From assembly GCA_028534125.1 (NCBI GenBank), contig CM052816.1:39496001-39560000 (forward strand): a stretch of DNA of 64,000 nt, given 5' to 3'. This DNA is from Lama glama. Taxonomy: Eukaryota. Numbering within the stretch: position 1 is the first letter of the stretch; every line of letters starts with the position of its first letter. Both the position numbers and the translations under genes were made by a program. The notes below the pieces were generated by a model. The model was not told the origin of the DNA. It did not search any database and saw only the letters and a program-made list of their open reading frames with translations. Positions 1 to 12,480 of the stretch are shown one piece after another.

Positions 1-1502
1 TTACTTTACCATTATCTTATGATTCAAGATCAATATATAATAATTGCTTATCTATATACTAGCAATAAACAATTTGAAAATAAAATTAAGAAGACAATTC
101 CATTTACAATAGTATTAAAAAGAATAAGATACTTAGGAATAAGTTTGTCAAAAAAGTGCAGTCCATATACTACAATGTGTAAAACGATGCTGAGAAAAAT
201 TAAAGACCACCTAAATAAATGGACAGATATACCTTGCTTATGTGTCAGAAAACTAAATAATGTAAACATGTCTATTCTATTCTAATATGTAGATTTAATA
301 AAATATCCACAAAACCCCCACAGGCTTATTAATAGAAACTCATAAGTTGATCATAAAATACATATGGAAATGCAAAGTTTCTAGTATAGCCAAATAATAT
401 CAGAAAAGACGATCAGTTAGTGGACTTTCACTTATTTTCAAACAGTATTATGAAGCTACAGTAATCAAGAGGACATGTTATTTGCGTAAGAGTAAACATT
501 CAGATCAAGTGAGTAGCATGAATAATCCAGAAACAGACCCTTACCTATGCAACCAATTTATTTTGATAAAGACAAGGTGATGAATAAAGGAAATATTTTC
601 AAAAATGGTCCTGGTAACGTTGGCTATCCATATAGAAATAATTAACCTTTACCCTTACCTCACACCTTACAAAAATAAACTTGATATGGGTTATAGACCC
701 AAAAGAGTTACAAAACTTATTAAAGAAAACATAGGAGAAACTTCAAGTGACGTTTAGTTAGACAAGGTGTTCTTAAATATGATGTCAAAAGCACAATCAA
801 TAAATGAAAAATTCATAGTACTTAACCAAATTATAGATGTTTGCTCTTCAAACATACCAGTAAGAAAATAGTGAAAATGTTTTCAAAGGATGTATCAGAT
901 AAAGGGCTCTTATCCAAAATGAATACAGCACCCTATGACTCAATAATAAAACCTCATCAGAACAAAAGTGTAAGGTATCTGAATAGGAGCTTTACAATGA
1001 CGATATACAAGCAGCGCAGCGTCCCTCTGCCTTAGGGAAACACATGCCAAACCTGCAGTGCCACCGTTCGGGCAATATGAAGTGAAGCCAAAAGAGATAC
1101 TGCTAAAATGGGTGACATTTTAAAAAGACTAATAGCAAATTTGGCAAGGATGTAAAACTGAAGCATTCATACACTGCAGTCATTTTAGAATAGTTTGGTT
1201 CTTTCTTAAAAAGTTAGACACACAGTCACTACGTGACCCATATTTTATTACTCAAACAGTAATGCAAACTTCTATGTAAATATTCATTATCCCATTATTC
1301 ATAATACCCCCAAACTGGAAGTCATCCAAATGCTCGTCAGCTGTTTAATGGATAAACAAAAGATGGTATATTCATAAAACAGAATATTCTCAGGGGAAAA
1401 AAAACAAAAAACACCTCTAAGACATGCAGCAACATGGGACAAATCTCAAACAAACCATGCTAAATGAAAGGAGCCAGACAAAAAGGACTATATAATGCAT
1501 GA
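1..1502 (+). mobile_element. Old L1 (L1M-type) ORF2 3' part and 3'UTR, degenerate; resumes about 2039-2200 after an MLT2
   Basis: ORF 19-285 resembles L1 ORF2 (KKTIPFTIVLKRIRYLGISLSK...LNKWTDIPC). L1 3'UTR motifs (aaatgaaaggagccagaca). Many stops and frameshifts. Confidence 0.9.
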
Positions 1503-2038
1503 TGTGTTATATTAAATTTATGGAAAAGGCAGTATGATTTTTCTAGAAAAGACCAGAGAGTTGGAAAAGCATTATTTCTGAGTATGTCTGTGAGAGCGTT
1601 TCTGGAAGAGGTGAGCATCTGAAAGAGTGAACTGCGCGAAGCAGGTGGCAGTCCCCCGTGTAGGAGGGCAGCATCCAACCCTGTGAGAGCCCGAGGAGAA
1701 CAGAAAGGCAGAGGAAGGGGTGACTTGCTCTCTTTGCATGAGCTGAGATGGCCATTCTCCTGCCCTCGGACACTGGGGCTCCTAGTCCTCAGACTTTTAC
1801 CCAGGTCTTCCACCTTCAGCCCCGATTCACAGGCCTTCAGACTTAGACTGAATTCCACCACTGGCTTGTCGGTTCTCCAGCTTGCAAACAACAGACTGTG
1901 GGGTTTGTTGGTATGAGCCAGTTCCTATAGTAAGTCTCTATATATTGTGTATTTTTGTAGGCATGTACCATCTCTACATTCATAAATCTGTTACCTATAT
2001 ATCCTGTTGGTTCTGTTCCTCTACAGAACTCCAATACA
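1503..2038 (+). mobile_element. MLT2-type ERVL solo LTR
   Basis: MLT2 motif attatttctgagtatgtctgtgagagcgtttctggaagag; ends ...gaactccaataca. Homologous to the inverted copy at 7386-7909. Confidence 0.85.
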
Positions 2039-3774
2039 ACTGCAGTAAGCACAAGGAGGCCTTGGATGTGATGGTAAGTCCTAAAACGGGACTGTGGTGA
2101 TGGCGGTGGGGCTGTGTACAGTAACTTCCAGTCTTCTCCTCGTGCACTTGTATGCAGATTATATCATATGCAGGTGTTGAGAAGAATCATTATGTTGAGT
2201 TATAATCAGGAGAAAAGTTTGTTATTTAAGGCAATGCATGGATTTTCAAACTACTATGCATTAAAATTACAAGATGTTAGGTTGGAAACGTTGGTGAAGA
2301 AGTAAGATATAAGGATTAATCATTCCAGTGTAGTCAGAGTTGATGCTAACACACAAATCAGTTCGCTAATTAAGGAAGATACGGCAAAATAATTTTATTG
2401 AAATGGAATGTTCTGTTGATTGATTTGTTCAAGCTTTTCTCCAGTTGCTTGGGCCGTAACAAACTAGTTGTTACTAAACTTAATTTAAAGATGTATACAT
2501 CTATTCTTAACTCTATTGAGAATCTGCTTTCACTCAGATAAAACTCAAATGTAAATTTACCAGAAGTTTATACGAGTATAAAACACAAAAACTAGGGTTT
2601 TTTTTGGGCCACTTTTAATACACCTTGATTTTTGTGAAGAATCTATATATATGGTAAAATGCTATATAGGCCATTTTACTAGTCCATATACTTTCTATGT
2701 TTATTTTCAAAAGCCTACTAGGATATGACCTCTATCTACTTTTTGAGTAAAAGAAAACAAGGGAGTAATAAAAATTTAGCTTCCTTCCCAGCAAAACATC
2801 AAGGGAATTCATGAGAGACAACCAAAAGTAGATAGAAAGCAGTGAACCACTGAAACTACTGCACTGTGCAATTTGCATAGAGCTGTCCAGTGAACTCACT
2901 CAGGAGTGAGTACAAATAGTGGGGAAAAAAGGTTAGTTTCAAGGTTCAAAACCAAAATAAAAAAGAACTCTCTTTAAAAATGGCAACTGAAACAGAGGGG
3001 TAAAAACAGAGTTAAGAATGTTAAAACCATGGTGATTAACTAGTAATTGCCAGTATTTTTGTCAGGATTTTCAGGATGTGTAAAACCAAGATCAGTATCC
3101 TAAGGGACGCATCATTTGGAATGTATGAAAAACAATGTTACCGAGGGAACTGTAAATGACCGCAGAGAGACGCACTGGCTTGACCGTGGAAAGGAGAAGG
3201 AACGTCACCCCCCAAGTCCCAGGCTCCAGACTATATCAACTATGACCAGCTGCGATTAGGATGTCGTAACTTTCTGACTCACAGTTCGTTTGGTTTTCAT
3301 GCGGTTTTGACTTCAACTGCTTCCCTTCCATGCTGTTAACTGCACTAGAGCTGAAATCACGACTTCTCTACCACCTCTCCTGGTTGAGTTCCATGTGCAT
3401 TCAGAACTAAAATTAAAGAGGTATAAACGAGAGGAGGATTATTCTCACACTTGGATTTTCTCCAAGAGTGGAGCCTTTCAACCACTATCATAAGGGAAGT
3501 ATTGGCCTGTTTATTTTGAAGATCAGTTTGGAAAAACAGTAGGGAAAGCAGTATGTGAGCAAAGCTGTGAAGCCCATACAGCAGGTAGTCAGAATGAGGT
3601 ATCGCTTTATGTGATGCTCCCCTAACTGTCCCTGGTTCACCTCCTCCCTCCGAATTGTTCTGATCACGCCACTACAGCAGCCAATGTACTCTGGGCTATA
3701 TATTAAGCTTAGATTTTTTTCTTTTAATTTGGCTAATGGGAAGAAAACAGAGTCATAGAATATGATGCAAGAAA

Positions 3775-3925
3775 GAATCTTAAAAATACTTTTATGCTAA
3801 CCTTCTGATGTTATAAATGAAAATTCAGGTCCAGAGAGGTCACACAACTTGCCAAACATCCTATTTCTCATTTGTGTCTCAGCCAGGGTAGAAGGAGAAT
3901 CTCCTAACTCACAGTCCAAGGTTTT
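3775..3925 (-). mobile_element. MIR SINE fragment
   Basis: Core-like aaatgaaaattcaggtccagagaggtcacacaacttgccaaa. Confidence 0.6.
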
Positions 3926-4098
3926 AGTCTGCTTTGGTCTTTGTTAGTTTACATGTTCACCTATCATGTTCTTTTTCTTAAGCAAAGTATAAATCGATAC
4001 ACAGTTGAGGAGATCTAGACTAAGAGTAATGTTGTGATTGCTTCTATTAAATATGAGTGGTTGGTTTCTACAGTTTGATTGGTATCTCATACCCTTTT

Positions 4099-4202
4099 CA
4101 AATATATCTTTACGCCGGCTTATAAAGAGACAAAAGCTAGAGATCTCATACCTTCACTTTAAAAAAAAACAAAAACAAAAACAAAAAAAACAAATATATC
4201 TT
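4099..4202 (+). mobile_element. Short retroposed insert (50 nt plus A-rich tail) with 12-bp TSD
   Basis: caaatatatctt at 4099-4110 and 4191-4202 flanks a 50-nt sequence and an A/CA tail (4161-4190). Confidence 0.6.
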
Positions 4203-6178
4203 GAGCTTAAATATTAAGAAATGTGGCAAATTTTACCTCATGTCTACATTAGCTTTTTAATTTTACTTCTTAAAATACTTACTGAGATTAAGACTACATA
4301 ATATAAAATGTAGATGAGATAGTCTGCTTTGGATAACATTTAAGGCTTAGAATTTCATTTAAAGAGATTAAATTCTAGAATCACAACATTCTTAATATTT
4401 TGTATCATTAGATATGCATGAAAGGTATGACCAACTGGTGAGAACTGTAGGGATATAGAATCTCTCATGGTTATTCATTACTACACTTCTGGATTTGGTC
4501 CCGTAAATTAGGAGTCCCATTCACAGAAAACTGTTATTTCTATATTAGATAAAAATTATCTTTATGAAAATAAAAGAATAAACTATGTCTCTGAATCTGC
4601 CTCTTCAAAAAGGGTAGATGACCATGTAATAAGTAGGACTAAAATATTTAAATTTTATGTTTTGGTTTATTGGCTGAGAGTGTAACACAACCCCCAACAG
4701 ATGTTAGGGAAGATTTTTACCCTACTGGATAATGCAGTGTTACAGTGTAATAGCGTAACTCAGACTGTTATATGTTGTTTTAAAATTTTTGTCGAGTTGT
4801 TAACTATTATCAGTTTTATGAAAATAATTAAGATGTGTGTATGTTTTTGAATTTTTACAAAAATACAGAAAATAAATACATAGATTATTTCCAGATATGT
4901 GTGACTATGCAAATATGTGCTACTGTGTTATTCATACTTCATAAAGCTGGAGACAGACAACTCTGGTTTTAACAGGGCCAGACTATCACAAATAGTTTCC
5001 AGAAAATGACCCAAGTCCATTAAGAACATTTTACATTAAATACAATCTTTATTATTCTTTAAACACCCTCCTAATAAGCACAGTATAGAACTAGATCATA
5101 GAATCACTGTTTTGGAAAAGACCCACAATGGTTTCTGAACCCAGCTGCAAAGAGGACCATTTTTTATCCAAACTCTACAGAAAGAAATTAAAATTCCACT
5201 TAATTGGAAGAGAGTAAAATTTTTAGAGGGGAAGGAATATAAAAGCAGGTAAAGGAGCAAATGTGGCAGAGTTGCAAAATAAAGGACCTGATGCGCAGAG
5301 AAGTAATGCAGTAACTGACAGCAGGGATCCTTAGGGACACAGCCCAGGGCCACACCCATTTCAGAAAAATCACTGGGCTGCAGTGACAGGTGTTTTTAGT
5401 TCTTTACTCTTAGCCTTCCCCCTACACAGGCAGAAAGGCTGCAAACTAGAACCACTATGCTCAGGCAAAAGTTAATTCTACAGAAAGACTTAAATAAAGA
5501 AAAGGCGATTCCTGACGTGCAGATTGCAAAGCAGGCTTCTAGAGGTCACAGCAGAGAAATGAGCGTGAAAACCAGGCTTTGCTGCTGTTCTTGTCACGGG
5601 CCTCACTCGTTCCCTCCCCTGTTCCCTCTCATCTTTTAAAGACTAGCTGTTTAGTATTTAAAGAAAAAATTCCAAAAGTTTCAAGCATAAAGTTTATGAA
5701 TAAATAAAAACATTGAGAATAATGGAGAAAAATATAAAAATCTTTTTTTTTAACTAGAGAATAAATCAAATGTTTGGGGTAGAAGAGAAAAACTAATCAA
5801 GGAAAAGCAAGTGATTCAGCTGAGTAACCCTGAGAACAGTCATGAACATTGCCCCCCGCTGCTCCCTACCCCCAGACCTAGTATGTGGAGTAGCTTTCAT
5901 AGAAGACAACGTGTCACTTGGCAGCTGGAACACTACTCTATCATTCAGGTTTAATCCTCTCCTATACCCAAGTTTCGCAATGTAACTGATGACACAGATC
6001 TACAGAAATTCTAATTACCTAGTTCATAATAAAGTATTTACAACTATACCCTAAAGGCTTTCTAGTCTAGAAAGAATAAAGCATGCTAATCCGTCTCAGG
6101 GTGATTCGTTCACAATTTCTCAGTTGGCCCCTCTGTAATGCATCCCTTCCCTTTCCCATCATTAATGAGCACTGACAC

Positions 6179-6628
6179 TGTTAGAAAGAAACTGAAGGCC
6201 CAAAATGGAGTCACTTACGCAGGCTGTGCCACTAACCTGGGCTTTAACACCTACCCTAATGGGAGCTTCAGCCTTTCCCAGAAATGCTGTCTTAGTTGGT
6301 TAGTCAGCACCAGAGAGGACCAATGAAAGACCAAGGACAGACCAATGACGGTCAGCACCCACGATGGACCTGCTCCATCCCCTAAAGGAAAAAGAAGTAG
6401 CCCACCAAATAAGACGTTTCTTCCCCGACAAGGTAGGTAACCTAATCTGTAACAATTTCTTTCTATTCAAGACTTTCTTATCCTGTCTTTGAGAACATTT
6501 CCCTTTCTGTATCCCTCTGGAGCTCCCTGTTACTTGCTAGATGGGATGCTGCCCGATTCATGCATCATTTAATAAAGTCAATTAGATCTTTTAAATTTAC
6601 ATGGTTAAATATTGGTTTTTAAATAACA
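6179..6628 (+). mobile_element. ERV1-class solo LTR, MER34-like
   Basis: TG...CA ends; caaaatggagtcactta near the 5' end; tgctagatgggatgctgcccgattcatg...aataaag near the 3' end. Confidence 0.75.
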
Positions 6629-6639
6629 CCAAATGAAAA

Positions 6640-7230
6640 CAAAATTATCCTTTGTTTAAAACATCTTTAGTAAGTCCTATGACATTGACATCAAGATATG
6701 CTTTAAATTACTTAGCCTGCAGAACTTTACCATCAGGCCCCAATCTGTCTTAATTTCATCTGGCTTCATTTTCTGCCTCTACCCTTGCAACATGTCCTGG
6801 TCATGATATCTATCTCCTTTTCAAGGAGTCTGTCATATCCTTTCATGTCTCTCTCGCACATTTTTATTCTTTTGGTATTTGTTCTACACTCCTGTTCCCC
6901 TTTCAAATCCTTAAATTATTCAGCTGAAATATCCTTTCTTCTGATACATTATCCCCTAACTGCATGGGAAGTTAGGGGATAATGTTTTCTACCCCGTTTC
7001 ACCACAGAATTCTGTATACTTCTTTATTAAACACTTGGCAGATGTCATCATCGTTTCTGCTTGTGGATGTATAGGTCTCCAAGGCTGTATGGTGTTCCAG
7101 AATAGGGATGACACAGTATCCAGGTCCTATCATCAACCACACAGTCAAACCACACCAGCAGTTCAGATTGGGGTATTTATGTGTGTGTCTGTGTTTATTT
7201 TGTTTTATTAAATAAGTAAATAAATGAGTC
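6640..7230 (+). mobile_element. L2 3' region, degenerate
   Basis: Pyrimidine-rich L2-like sequence ending in an aataagtaaataaatga tail. Confidence 0.55.
6946..6985. repeat. Perfect 16-bp inverted repeat with 8-nt spacer
   Basis: acattatcccctaact-gcatggga-agttaggggataatgt. Confidence 0.95.
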
Positions 7231-7290
7231 TCATATTTGAAATAAGCATCAGAAGTTAGAGCCTTAAGTTTCTACCCATCCAAATGTATT

Positions 7291-7384
7291 AACTTGAGAA
7301 AAATATAGTGTTACAGCTACCACCTGCATGGTGCTCTAACTTGAGAAAAATATAGTGTTACAGCTACCACCTGCATGGTGCTCT
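7291..7384. repeat. Perfect 47-bp tandem duplication
   Basis: aacttgagaaaaatatagtgttacagctaccacctgcatggtgctct x2 (7291-7337, 7338-7384). Confidence 0.97.
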
Positions 7385-7385
7385 C

Positions 7386-7909
7386 TGTATTGGGGTTCTC
7401 CAGAGAAACAGAGTGGAAGAAAGGGAAGGAGGAAGTGAGGGAGGATCGACTGGAATGTCTGTCTGTCTGTCTGTCATAGGAATTGGCTCACACAGTTGTG
7501 AAGGCCAAGAAGTCCCAAGATCTGCATCTGGAGAACCAGGAAAGCTGGTAATGTAATTCAGTCTAAGTCTGGAGTCCGAAGAATGGGAGGCTGATGGTGT
7601 TAAGTCCTGGTTTGAGCCTAAAAGTCTAAGAACTAGGAGCACCAATGATGTCCAAGGGCAGGAGAAGATGGGTCTCAGCTCAAGAAGAGAGAGCAAATTA
7701 GCCTTTCCTCTGCCTTTCAGTTTACCTGGGGCCTCACTGAACTGGACGATGCCCACCCACATGGCGGAAGGCCACCTGCTTTACTCAGTTCACCAAATCA
7801 GATGCTCATCTCTTCCAGAAACACTCTCACACATTCAGAAATAGTATTTTACCAGCAATCTGAGCATTCCTTAGACTAGTCAAATTGACACATAAAATTA
7901 AACATCACA
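7386..7909 (-). mobile_element. MLT2-type ERVL solo LTR
   Basis: Ends ttgacacataaaattaaacatcaca (reverse complement of the MLT2 start); 5-bp TSD ctctc/ctttc. Confidence 0.9.
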
Positions 7910-8429
7910 CTTTCTAGGAATTTTTCATACTATTTTGGAAATGTATGTTTTATGCTTTTTAATGTTTGGAAATAAGGAAAAATTAAATAAAGTGTAAACA
8001 GAAACACCATAATCCCATCAAAAGTTACAATCATCACTAACATGTTTTCTCTCTCCCACATTCTCCTCTGTGAACTGATAAATTCCAGTTATGTAAGAAT
8101 GCTTCTTTTCGGTATTCAAGCATGATAAAACCCTACAAAAACAAGAGTAACTAAAAGAAGACATAAACTTTTAAGGAAAGTTCCACTTTCCTTAAAAATA
8201 AAACTGAATCTTCCAGATAGTATTATGTTTTACAACCTTTATCCTTAATACTTTTCATGTTTGTACCCCAGGGGACACTTACTAATTTCCACAATAAGTA
8301 ACAATACTAATTGGGAACACTGCATATACTGGATTTCAGTAGCATGATATCAAGTAATAGAAGTGACTCGAGTAACGTTCATAGTGCACAGTTATTATTA
8401 CTAGGCTCTCATACTTCCTTTAACCAACA

Positions 8430-8848
8430 CGTAGGAAACTGAGCAAGCCCCTCACTGTTTCCTTGTTTGTAGGAAATCGGCTTCATGCAGCCTCCTGGAC
8501 CTTCCCTGCTGGCATATAGGAAACGGTTATCTTCGAGTTCTGCAGGTACTAAGCCCCCACTCAGTGGAGGATGGCAACTTCAGAGTGAGCTCAAGGTTCC
8601 CGGAACACCACCTTGTTACGTCACCACCACCCGATCAGAACAAAGTTACACACCTTGCAGCCATCACCCCAGATTTTGCCTATAAAACTTCTCCCTGAAA
8701 ACCATCAGGGAATCTGGGGGTTTTGAGCACAAGCCACCACTCTCTGTGCTTGGCCCTGCAATAAATCTTTCTCTGCTCCAAACTCTGCCGTTTTGGTTTG
8801 TTTGGCCCCTCTGTGCCTCGGGCACACGAGAACTTGCATTCAGTAACA
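8430..8848 (+). mobile_element. ERV1-like solo LTR
   Basis: TATAAAA at 8681, AATAAA at 8760, ends cagtaaca; GC-richer than the flanks. Confidence 0.75.
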
Positions 8849-10220
8849 ACAGTTCACCACACACTGAAGAGGATTAGCAAAGAATTTCAATTGAGTACAC
8901 ATGTGACTCTAAAATAAAAACTTCAAAATAGAATGTAGAGAATAGCAAAAAGGAAAAATAAGCATCACTCCTGATATCACCTCTCAAGAGAACCGCCTTA
9001 TTATTTGCGCATAAATATTTCCATGTTTCTGCAATATGTCAGCTATAAATAAAAAAGACCAATTATTTTTCCTATTTGTCTCATACTTGAAATGTTAAAT
9101 TTTAAACCTCTGACTCTATACCAAAATATATACATATACATATGTGTATATATATATATATGTATAGTCCATGTATTTGGTACTGAATTTCTCATCTTTC
9201 TTCTAACTTCTGCTACTGTATTTCAGATGCTCATAATCTTATCTTCTAATTTATTTCCACATAGTGCAAAACTCCTTGCCAGATTTGGCAACTTGTACTT
9301 TATTTCTGAACAAATCTTTTCCTGCTCAAAAACTGCTACTTATTCCAACTCAGATGAAGTACGTATTCCACAAAACCTACAAGTATTTGTTTCATCACTT
9401 ATTTCTCCCCTGGGTATCTACAGCCAAACAATACTACCCACCATTCTAAATAATTCATACTTTTCTGACTCCTGGCTTTTGCTTAGATGCTGTTTCTATT
9501 AACTTAAACGCCCTCACACAAAACACTCACCAGTGGAAACACTGCTATTGTCCAAGACCCACGGCCAGCGACACGTTCTCAGGGTAACCGGCTGGATGCC
9601 CCTTGCCACAGGTGTTTCTCTTCTTCTTTGGCTTCTTGTACATTTATATATTTTAAGAACATTTATCTGGGTCTGCATTGTTTATACACTAATTTACTTA
9701 TTTCTTCATGTATTCTGTATTAATTTTATCCCTCATTTATACAAATGCATGAAAACAAAGTCAGTCTCTTACCCATTTTTTTTAAAGGTATTTCTCAGTG
9801 TCTTAGATATAGCAAGTATACAGTAGATGCTTGTGGAATTGAATTCATGGAAATTTTAAGAAGCCTGATTAAAAACTATACCTTATATCATCCAATTTAC
9901 ACCATTTAAAATCTAAATAACTCTCATGTAAAAGAAAATTGTAGGTAGAGTTGATAATTTAAAACGTGTTTTTCTTTCATTTTAAATGCAGTGACAGGCT
10001 CAGCTCATAATCCCTAAAACCAGTGCCTCCAAATGTATACACTCTTCACAACTCAGTCAATCCAACTGCAGTGTATTTCTAATTCACAGTATGATAACTC
10101 GCACACCATCAAAAAGCAAAACCTCCCAGTAACTCCTCCTTTCACAAACAGAGCTCCTCTAGCTTTCAGTTAACATTACCTACAGGTTCCCGGGTTACTA
10201 TTGCAAAAAATTACTCTTAC

Positions 10221-10337
10221 CACAGTGAGGAGAGTGTAAAAACGTCCAATTCCAGGAGGCTGCATGATGGTGGAGATGCTGCCCGGGCAACGCTCCACTG
10301 CAGAGTCGGAACGAGGAGGCGGGGAATGTTGACGGGC
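10221..10337 (-). other. Candidate internal exon (117 nt) of an unidentified transcript
   Basis: Acceptor tctcttgtctccacccctacag| and donor GTG|gtaaga; CpG-rich; multiple of 3; stop-free in all three frames; peptide not recognised. Confidence 0.35.
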
Positions 10338-10577
10338 CTGTAGGGGTGGAGACAAGAGATAAACTAAAGAGATTTCAGGTGAAGTCACTTTAAGCTTTCT
10401 AGTTCTCTCAGCTGTGTCCCCGAGTTTAGAGGGTTTTTTCCTATTTTTTTCCATCTTTCATGAGAAAGTAAACTCAAAACAAAACACAGTAAGTTCATCT
10501 GAGCTCAGGGAAAAGGAAGTAGATATAAAAGTCAAATTCTTAGGATATTTATATTTCTTTTTTAGAAGAGTTTAGGT

Positions 10578-10650
10578 CAGTGGTTCTCGAAGTGTGGTTC
10601 CTGGACGAGCAGCATTAGCACCACTGGACAGTTTGTTAGAAATGCAAGTT
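10578..10650 (+). mobile_element. MER5A-like hAT-Charlie fragment
   Basis: cagtggttctcgaagtgtggttcctggacgagcagcattagcacc...ttgttagaaatgca. Confidence 0.8.
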
Positions 10651-10719
10651 TAATTATCAAACCAGGTAGTGAGCTGGATTTGGACTACAGACCTTAGTTT
10701 GCCAATCTCAAGTCTAGAT

Positions 10720-10920
10720 AAGCAGTATTTATCACATAAGAGAACATACAATCATCTACATATGACAGGGAAGTTACTATTAACTCTCATTTTGTGGAAG
10801 ACAAACTTATGCAAAAATAGGTTAATTATGTTCCTAAGGTCTCATGGCAAAAAATGCACTGCTTAGTCATGGAATATATTGCAATTGAAGTCTGATGTCC
10901 TAGCCTCTCAGCTGTCCACT
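10720..10920 (-). mobile_element. MIR
   Basis: ctcattttgtggaagacaaact...ggttaattatgttcctaaggtctca core. Confidence 0.6.
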
Positions 10921-11014
10921 AAAGCTTCTTTTCCAAATGAGAAATTAAATGGGGTTCATATTGGTTTGATAATTTTAAACATGCTAACAATGAAAGAGTC
11001 TGCTGAAAAGAATG

Positions 11015-12170
11015 GGCTGGTCTGACATGTAAAGAGTTTTTTGGAAGACATCACTTCCATCCCCACAACAGGATAAAAGCTGGAAAAAAAAAAACCAACC
11101 CTGAAAAATCAACAATGTTTCTTTAAACTATCAGAGAATTGGAGTTACAGGGAAAACTCCTGCCCTGAAACCTGGAGAGATAGGCCAATGCAGAGAATCA
11201 CAATTTATACAGGGAGCAGATGCCCCCAGCTGCAGACAGTAGGAACCTGAAATGGGCTGCCACACTTCCCCGAGTTTTACCTCTAGAAGCTTACTAAGTT
11301 CTCACTGTGAAGCTAGAGAAAAGCCCCGTCATGCTTCCAGCAGAGGAAGGGGAGAAGAACCAATTGTGAAACATGTCTGGAGCTTCTGTTCTCCCTAACA
11401 AATGTCTGTCCCTAAGGGAAACTTTTAACAGAGCCCGACCAGTTTGATTTTCCCAGAGCTTCCCTGACCAAGAAGAGAAACACCCAGCCCCAGCCCCCTG
11501 CAGCCTTCCCATGTCACCCGAGGTACACAGCCAAAAAGGTGAGGAGCCCTGGTGAAGGTCACAGCCCAGGGGCACAGGTTCATTCAAAGAATGAAAGCTA
11601 TTTATACAATTACAGAGGCTTCCTCTCCCCTACGCCTTGACAGCGCATTAATCAGGATCCTACACCATAATGGAGGGCTCACTGCTGAAAGAACCGCAAA
11701 GCTCATTCCTATTTAAGGAGTCTTTAGGGAAACCTAAAGACAACGGAAGAGGCAAAAAGACACTAGAGGAGACTCTGCCTGGGACACTACCGCTACAGCG
11801 AACAGTAAACACAGCCTGACTCCTGCACGGACAAACCTCACACGAAGGGCCAATTTACCTCTGTTCCCTTTACGTGATCCATCATGCCTGGCGCGCCGCA
11901 GAGAATGACAAGGCGAGCTCAGAGACAAAAAACAGTCTGAAAAACAAAACAAAAAGCAAAACAAGCATCAGAGTCCGATTCAGTTGTGGCAGAGATACTG
12001 GAATTACCAGAGCAGAAGTGTGACGTGACTGTGATTACTGTGGCAAGGGCTCTCCTGGAAGAAGAGGACAACACAAACCAATGCGTGGGTGATGTCAGCA
12101 GAGACGGACGAATCCGAATTCGCCAAGAATGACTGAAAAGGAAACGCCAGGGAAAAGAACAGTGTAACAG
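11015..12170 (+). mobile_element. Old L1 5'UTR to start of ORF1 (L1M-type 5' end)
   Basis: Resembles old eutherian L1 5' ends (ctgaaaaatcaacaat...tcagagaattggagttacaggg; ggcagagatactggaattaccaga). Confidence 0.7.
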
Positions 12171-12480
12171 ATAAATATAAAATGGCCAACAGATACATAA
12201 GAAAGGTCAATATAACATGTAATGAAAGAAATAACAACCAAGGGAAAAAAGGTATTTTTTTCTCAGAATAGTTAAATAATATTTGGAGATACCAAATCCT
12301 TGTGAGGATGTGGAGAAGTAAGTGTGCACTTTTCTGCACTATTAGCAGAAGCTCAAAATCTGGAAACAGAGGACAATTTAGCATTACCTACCAAAATAGA
12401 AACATTTATTTTATATATCTTTTAACCCAGTAACCTATTTGCTCAGAATTTGTTTTTCAGATAGACCCCCTCCAGACACA
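12171..12480 (+). mobile_element. Very old L1 (L1ME-like) ORF2 3' fragment
   Basis: aaatggccaacagatacat...gtgaggatgtggagaa...ttttaacccagtaacct. Confidence 0.65.

Noticed and set aside
1460..1916. Similar ORFs at 1.5-1.9 kb and 7.4-7.8 kb suggesting a gene family
   Set aside because: Both lie inside MLT2 LTR copies.
7291..7384. CRISPR-like or other prokaryotic system
   Set aside because: Only two adjacent copies with no spacer. The window is mammalian repeat-rich DNA with no operons or foreign insert visible.
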